Source: Moraxella nasicaprae (GTDB taxonomy: Bacteria > Pseudomonadota > Gammaproteobacteria > Pseudomonadales > Moraxellaceae). From it: 32,000 nt of DNA. Below, piece by piece: positions 27,598-32,000 of this stretch. The notes beneath the pieces are model-generated. The model ran no database searches. It was given only the letters and a program-made list of their open reading frames with translations, and was not told the DNA's origin. The translations under genes were made by a program, and so were the position numbers. The number at the start of each line of letters is the position of its first letter. The first letter of the stretch is position 1. The DNA lies in contig NZ_CP089977.1 in the NCBI RefSeq assembly GCF_025643275.1, positions 1,920,001 to 1,952,000 of the forward strand. The letters are read 5' to 3'.

Positions 27598-27962
27598 AAA
27601 TAATGAATATTGCATTATCGATTTGCATTTGTTTTTTTATATTTATTTTTCTAAACAAGTATGATTCTTGGGGTATTTCTGAGGGGCTGTGTATTTATCA
27701 TGGTAACTCTGTAGGTGTCGCTCTAATACTATCCTTTATTTTATTTTTTGCAAATTTTTTATTTTTGTTTTTCTTTAGGGATAAACAAACAATGACCAAC
27801 ATTATATTTATTATCATCTCGATTGGTCTTTTGGCGTATTGGCATCCTGTAATGTACAATCATTCAATAAATTTTCTATTAACACACACCAATATCCAAA
27901 TAGAACAACTTGGCGAGATTGCTAGATGTGAGATACAACGCAATAACGACCTAAGGTTTTAG
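27594..27962 (+). CDS. polytopic small membrane protein, putative immunity (122 aa)
   Basis: Four hydrophobic segments. Translationally coupled to the preceding toxin-end frame. Confidence 0.55.
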   Translation: MKIMNIALSICICFFIFIFLNKYDSWGISEGLCIYHGNSVGVALILSFILFFANFLFLFFFRDKQTMTNIIFIIISIGLLAYWHPVMYNHSINFLLTHTNIQIEQLGEIARCEIQRNNDLRF

Positions 27963-27967
27963 AGATG

Positions 27968-28005
27968 TAAAAAACTAAGCAGCTGCCCATTTGGGAAAAT
28001 GGGCA
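27968..28005 (-). terminator. terminator-like hairpin at the right island border
   Basis: Stem TGCCCATTT (27984-27992) / AAATGGGCA (27997-28005). On the minus strand a T6 run follows after 9 nt. Confidence 0.45.
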
Positions 28006-28078
28006 AAAAGAGCGAGGGGCGTCATTGATTTGACCTTGACAAAACCATTTGCCATAAGATCCTGGGAGAGTATGATAC

Positions 28079-29344
28079 TCATTCACCATCAACAATAATG
28101 ATATTTCGTTCGATGAGAGCTGTTTGCCAAGCAACAAGATGCTCCAAGCCAATCAGTTCTACCGCCAAACCTTGTGGGTTATTGGCAAGTTGGTCGATTT
28201 TTCTTAGCGAGCCACGATCAGGTGGTCGATGTGCTGAAACGCCAAGATATATCTGGGCTTGTACCGAAGCTGCCAAAGCGAGTAATTTGGCAATATCGTC
28301 AGCATCATCAACCACGCCAAACTGTTCAAGGGCGACATATTTGGTGGGTGTGCTGTCTGGGTATTCAAAATTTGCCCCAATCAATCTATCGCTGAGTGTT
28401 TGGGTCTGTTTGGAGGTGGGCTTACTGGGCTGGTAGTCGTCTTGGTCGATGACTTGTTTGCTGAATTTATTTAGTAATTCTTGATAATATGGCAAATTGG
28501 TATCAATGGTAAAATTGGTATTGGCACGCAGATGACTAATCAGATATGCCAGTAATCTAGGAAAAATGCCGTATAGACCAATGCTTGCGATGATTAGCCA
28601 AGCAAATGTGGCAGCGTGAGCGTTCGTATTGTTAAGGTCTGGTAAAGCAAGCCCAAATTGTTTTGGTAAAAAGCCTAATATCTGTACCATCATTTCAAAA
28701 TGATGTTTTTGTAATAATGTCGAACCCCAAACAAAATCATAGCGTTTGAACAAAAATAAACCTAACAAACCCAGCAAACTGCCCAACAGACCAAATAGCC
28801 AAGCACCGTGCATTACTTTGGCGATGTGCCATTTTTTCTTCTGAGCGATGCTTTGTTCGATGACGGCGATGGCGGCTTGTTGGCTGGTGTTTTGCCCAAA
28901 AGCCTTAGCAATGGGGGTGTGTAGCGTGCTTTTTTCAAGCAAAAGCCCAAATAATGACGGTCTGCGTCTGCCCAAGCTAATCAGCCAAAAAACCAGCGAC
29001 AATGTATGCCAGCCTAATAAAGCAATCAGCACATAGAAAAAATTAACCGCTTGTGAGCTGAGTAATCCTGCCACGCCAAGCAATGCAAAGAAAAAATAAC
29101 CCATGTACAGCATACGCACAGCGGTGCGAATGTATAGCTGGCTATTTTCAAGTGCGTCCATCAGCTCGCCTGTGCTATCAATCTTGACAGCTCGCAAAAA
29201 TAGCTTGTCATAAGCGGACTCATCGCCTGTTTTTAGGGTTTCGGTGATGAGTTTGGGGTTTTGAGCAAAAATAAAGTTTTGTTGTTCAAGCTGGCGAATC
29301 AGCTCGACATGTTGGTGCTGGCGTTGGGTGTATTGATGGTTCAT
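28079..29344 (-). CDS. polytopic membrane protein (DUF2868-like by recollection)
   Basis: 421 aa with a soluble N-terminus, several TM helices and a soluble C-terminal domain. The ATG overlaps the stop of the rnfB-like gene (ATGA at 29341-29344). Confidence 0.55.
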   Translation of the reverse strand: MNHQYTQRQHQHVELIRQLEQQNFIFAQNPKLITETLKTGDESAYDKLFLRAVKIDSTGELMDALENSQLYIRTAVRMLYMGYFFFALLGVAGLLSSQAVNFFYVLIALLGWHTLSLVFWLISLGRRRPSLFGLLLEKSTLHTPIAKAFGQNTSQQAAIAVIEQSIAQKKKWHIAKVMHGAWLFGLLGSLLGLLGLFLFKRYDFVWGSTLLQKHHFEMMVQILGFLPKQFGLALPDLNNTNAHAATFAWLIIASIGLYGIFPRLLAYLISHLRANTNFTIDTNLPYYQELLNKFSKQVIDQDDYQPSKPTSKQTQTLSDRLIGANFEYPDSTPTKYVALEQFGVVDDADDIAKLLALAASVQAQIYLGVSAHRPPDRGSLRKIDQLANNPQGLAVELIGLEHLVAWQTALIERNIIIVDGE

Positions 29345-30168
29345 GGCGATAGAGCATTGAGTTGTTGGGTAAGGTGGTTAAGTTGTTCTTGGAGTGCTGC
29401 ATCATCACGCACTGCCAGTTGTTTGGTCAGTTTTTTGATTTGGGTGCGTAATTTGGCAGCCAAAATGGTGTTTTTAGCGGTGGTTTCATCAATGGCGGTC
29501 TGCTCGCCACTTAGCACATTGGCGATGGCGGATTCAATGGTGCTAACCACAGGTTTATCGCCAGTTTCAATGGTTTTGGTCATACGCCCCAGATGTCTAT
29601 GGTAGCGGATTCTTAGGTGTGTTTGTTCGTTTTGTCGTTCTTTGTCGGTCAGGGTGCGTGGATATGGCACAAGGCTGATGCAGTCCACAGGACAAGGGGC
29701 AATACATAGCTCACAACCTGTGCATAGCTCATTGATGATGCTGTGCATGTGCTTAGCCGTGCCAATGATGGCATCAACAGGGCAGGCGGGAATACATTTG
29801 GTGCAGCCGATACAGCTAGATTCATCGATGACGGCTCGCATTTCTATGGGGCGATTGGTATGTTCGTCAATGGGGTGTTTGCTGGGTGTGGCTGGTAAGT
29901 ATGTGCTTTGTTGCAAAGAGGCGATTTGGTCGCTGACCGCCTGACCGCCTGGCACGCATAGATTGGTTGGTTCGCCATTGATGACGATGCCGTAGGCATA
30001 AGGCAGGCAGCCATCGTGATGCCCACATAGTCCGCATTGGGTTTGGGGCAAGATGGCATCGATATTGGCGATGGCGATTTTTTGGCTGGCTGGTAAGCGG
30101 TCAATGGCTAGCGGAGAAAACAAAATGGGCAAATCGCTTAATCTGTCCAGATGAGTGGTGTCAGTCAT
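29341..30168 (-). CDS. RnfB/RsxB-like iron-sulfur ferredoxin without an N-terminal membrane anchor
   Basis: LPQTQCGLCGHHDGCLPYA...CVPGG cluster motif plus two 4Fe-4S motifs, CIGCTKCIPACP and CTGCELCIAPCP. Long helical C-terminal extension. Confidence 0.8.
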   Translation of the reverse strand: MTDTTHLDRLSDLPILFSPLAIDRLPASQKIAIANIDAILPQTQCGLCGHHDGCLPYAYGIVINGEPTNLCVPGGQAVSDQIASLQQSTYLPATPSKHPIDEHTNRPIEMRAVIDESSCIGCTKCIPACPVDAIIGTAKHMHSIINELCTGCELCIAPCPVDCISLVPYPRTLTDKERQNEQTHLRIRYHRHLGRMTKTIETGDKPVVSTIESAIANVLSGEQTAIDETTAKNTILAAKLRTQIKKLTKQLAVRDDAALQEQLNHLTQQLNALSP

Positions 30169-30185
30169 AATGTTTGGTTAATGAG

Positions 30186-30986
30186 TTAATGATGATGAAA
30201 CTGTTCGATGACAGCACGAATCAATTGATGAGAGATACTACCAGCACGAGGCGTGGGAGGTAATTGGCTTAGTTCAAAAAAATCCGCTTCGGCAAGCTCT
30301 TGCTTATCAATGACGATGTCGCCCCCGTCATAATGGGCAAAAAATCCCAGCATCAAATTACTAGGATATGGCCACGATTGGCTACCAAAATAACGAATGT
30401 CCTTGATGCAAATGCCTATCTCTTCTTGCACCTCTCGTACAATCGCCATTTCGACCGTCTCGCCTGCTTCCATAAAGCCTGCAATCAGTCCAAATATGCC
30501 ACTTTTGTGCTTGTGGTGTCTGGCAAGTAGTAGCTGTGGTTTTGGTGTGTCAGTACGAACGATGGCAACAATCACACACGGCTGTATGCGTGGATAGGCG
30601 TGATGTTTGCAGGCGGTGCAGATTTTGGCGTATTCGTGGCGATGAAAGATGGTTTTGTTACCACACACACCGCAAAATTGATGCTCATGTTGCCACCGAA
30701 CCAAAGCAATGGCGTGGCTTAGATGATTGGCGGCTGTTTCGTCCATGTGGCTAAGCAAGTTGCCAAATTCGATGAATTGCAGGTTTTTGGCGGTTTTGCT
30801 GTCATAGCCTTGCCCATAGGGATATATCAACCCAAGCTCCAATGCGTCCGTCAATCCGATGGCATGTGTCGCCAACCAATGATGGGGCGGTGCAAATAGC
30901 TTGATGGCTGATTTTGGCGTATTGGCAAAAGTGTGTGGCAGACCATTTTCATCACATAATACACCACTGCCACGAATGACCCACAT
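30186..30986 (-). CDS. nudC: NADH pyrophosphatase (Nudix) NudC
   Basis: Zinc ribbon CGVCGNKT...CTACKHHAYP and Nudix box GFMEAGETVEMAIVREVQEEIGI. Start set at ATG 30986, which shares one base with the dnaQ stop (TGATG). Confidence 0.85.
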   Translation of the reverse strand: MWVIRGSGVLCDENGLPHTFANTPKSAIKLFAPPHHWLATHAIGLTDALELGLIYPYGQGYDSKTAKNLQFIEFGNLLSHMDETAANHLSHAIALVRWQHEHQFCGVCGNKTIFHRHEYAKICTACKHHAYPRIQPCVIVAIVRTDTPKPQLLLARHHKHKSGIFGLIAGFMEAGETVEMAIVREVQEEIGICIKDIRYFGSQSWPYPSNLMLGFFAHYDGGDIVIDKQELAEADFFELSQLPPTPRAGSISHQLIRAVIEQFHHH

Positions 30987-32000
30987 CACGATAAGACAGA
31001 CTCTCGCCAAATGCGGTCAGCGTCAAAATCAGCACCAGACTGCTGAATTAGGCTGGCATATTGTGATAAATCGCTAAACGCAACCCCTTGTTCATTTTGT
31101 TCACTATTTTTGACTTCTTCGTCCATTGACAAAGCAAGCTGACCGCCTGTCATCGCCAAAAAAACTTCCGCCAAAATCTCAGAGTCCAGTAATGCCCCGT
31201 GGAAAGTACGGTTTTTATTGCCTACACCCAAGCGATTGACTAGGGCGTCAAGTGTATTTTTTTGACCAGGATACATTTGCCTTGCCATTGCCAGACTGTC
31301 GGTCACTTGAACTCTATCCAAAAAGTCGGTCAGTCCAACTTTGTCAAATTCCATTTTTAAAAATCGCATATCAAAGTTGGCGTTGTGTGCGATGACTTCG
31401 CTGTCCACCATAAATTCATAAATGTCTTGGGCGACTTCGGCAAATTTTGGTTTGTCGGTCAAAAATTCATTGCTAATGCCATGAACTCTGATGACTTCCT
31501 CGTCCATCTCTCGGTCGGGATTGATATAGACATGCAGTTTTTTGCCAGTAAATTTGCGACCAACCATCTCAATGATACCCACCTCAACGATACGATCACC
31601 GCCTTGGTCTTCAAAACCTGTGGTCTCTGTATCCATGATGAGTTGGCGTTCGGGCTTGCCACGATTGTCAGGCTTGGGTAATAACGCCCAAAAATCAGGA
31701 TTGATACGACTGGTATCGCCATCATAGGCAGGGTTTTGTTCGCAATGCTCTGACGATGGCGTGGTATGCACACTGATGTCTGTTGATGAATTTGGCGTGG
31801 CGTCTTGGTCGGTTAAGGCGGGAATGAATGTTTCGCCAGCACCATCGACACCCAGATTGGCAAGTTTATCCGCCATTTCGTTACCTGCGTGCCCTGCATG
31901 ACCTTTGACCCACTGCCAATCAATACGGCGATTTTGACTAAGGGTATCTAAGCGTTGCCATAAATCTTGATTAAGTACCGCCTTACCGTCTGATTTTTTC
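30986..32000 (-). CDS. dnaQ: RNase HI - DNA polymerase III epsilon (DnaQ) fusion protein; N-terminus outside the window
   Basis: DnaQ motifs MDTETTGF, AHNANFDMRFL and HGALLDSEILAEVF. The frame stays open upstream of the track's M (31876) to the window edge and reads ...DLWQRLDTLSQNRRIDWQWVKGHAGHAGNEMADKLA, an RNase HI C-terminus. Confidence 0.85.
   Translation of the reverse strand, partial: KKSDGKAVLNQDLWQRLDTLSQNRRIDWQWVKGHAGHAGNEMADKLANLGVDGAGETFIPALTDQDATPNSSTDISVHTTPSSEHCEQNPAYDGDTSRINPDFWALLPKPDNRGKPERQLIMDTETTGFEDQGGDRIVEVGIIEMVGRKFTGKKLHVYINPDREMDEEVIRVHGISNEFLTDKPKFAEVAQDIYEFMVDSEVIAHNANFDMRFLKMEFDKVGLTDFLDRVQVTDSLAMARQMYPGQKNTLDALVNRLGVGNKNRTFHGALLDSEILAEVFLAMTGGQLALSMDEEVKNSEQNEQGVAFSDLSQYASLIQQSGADFDADRIWRESVLS

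Noticed and set aside
22066-28078. Search for a direct repeat of the tRNA-Leu 3' end marking the distal island border (an att site), and for an integrase gene.
   Set aside because: I found no convincing repeat of the tRNA 3' segment near 27.96-28.08 kb and no integrase-like ORF. The island border is therefore defined only by composition, gene content and the hairpin at 27984-28005.

Overview
No homology search was run; every family call rests on motifs I recognise by eye. The window looks like a chromosomal segment from a Moraxellaceae-type gammaproteobacterium. That is an inference from gene content (for example an RNase HI-DnaQ fusion) and sequence style.

About 26 kb is ordinary housekeeping. 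On the left are ttcA, a GNAT acetyltransferase, a secreted MORN-repeat protein, uvrB, argF, a lipoprotein, nadK, a yeaC-like gene, ubiE-ubiJ-ubiB, a PiT phosphate transporter, a DUF1543-like gene plus truD, metH and tRNA-Leu(CAA). At the right end, on the minus strand, are rnhA-dnaQ, nudC, an rnfB-like ferredoxin and a polytopic membrane protein.

The unusual part is about 22.07-27.97 kb. It is a visibly AT-rich island, with its toxin and immunity reading frames all on the plus strand, sitting directly after tRNA-Leu. It contains:
- a degraded IstB/DnaC-like ATPase remnant;
- a 5'-truncated polymorphic-toxin gene end, made of a conserved pre-toxin block plus a unique C-terminal domain, overlapping a small acidic immunity-like ORF;
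- at least seven further modules of 'short toxin 3' tail + small immunity-like ORF', several of them membrane proteins;
- a second, degraded copy of the ~205-bp pre-toxin block;
- three copies of a ~95-bp MITE-like element.

Three immunity-like ORFs are broken at homopolymer runs, and in each a single added base would restore a longer frame. No transporter (cdiB/tpsB-like) and no full-length exoprotein gene is present in the window. I read the island as an orphan toxin/immunity cassette array; the exoprotein family it belongs to cannot be named from sequence alone.
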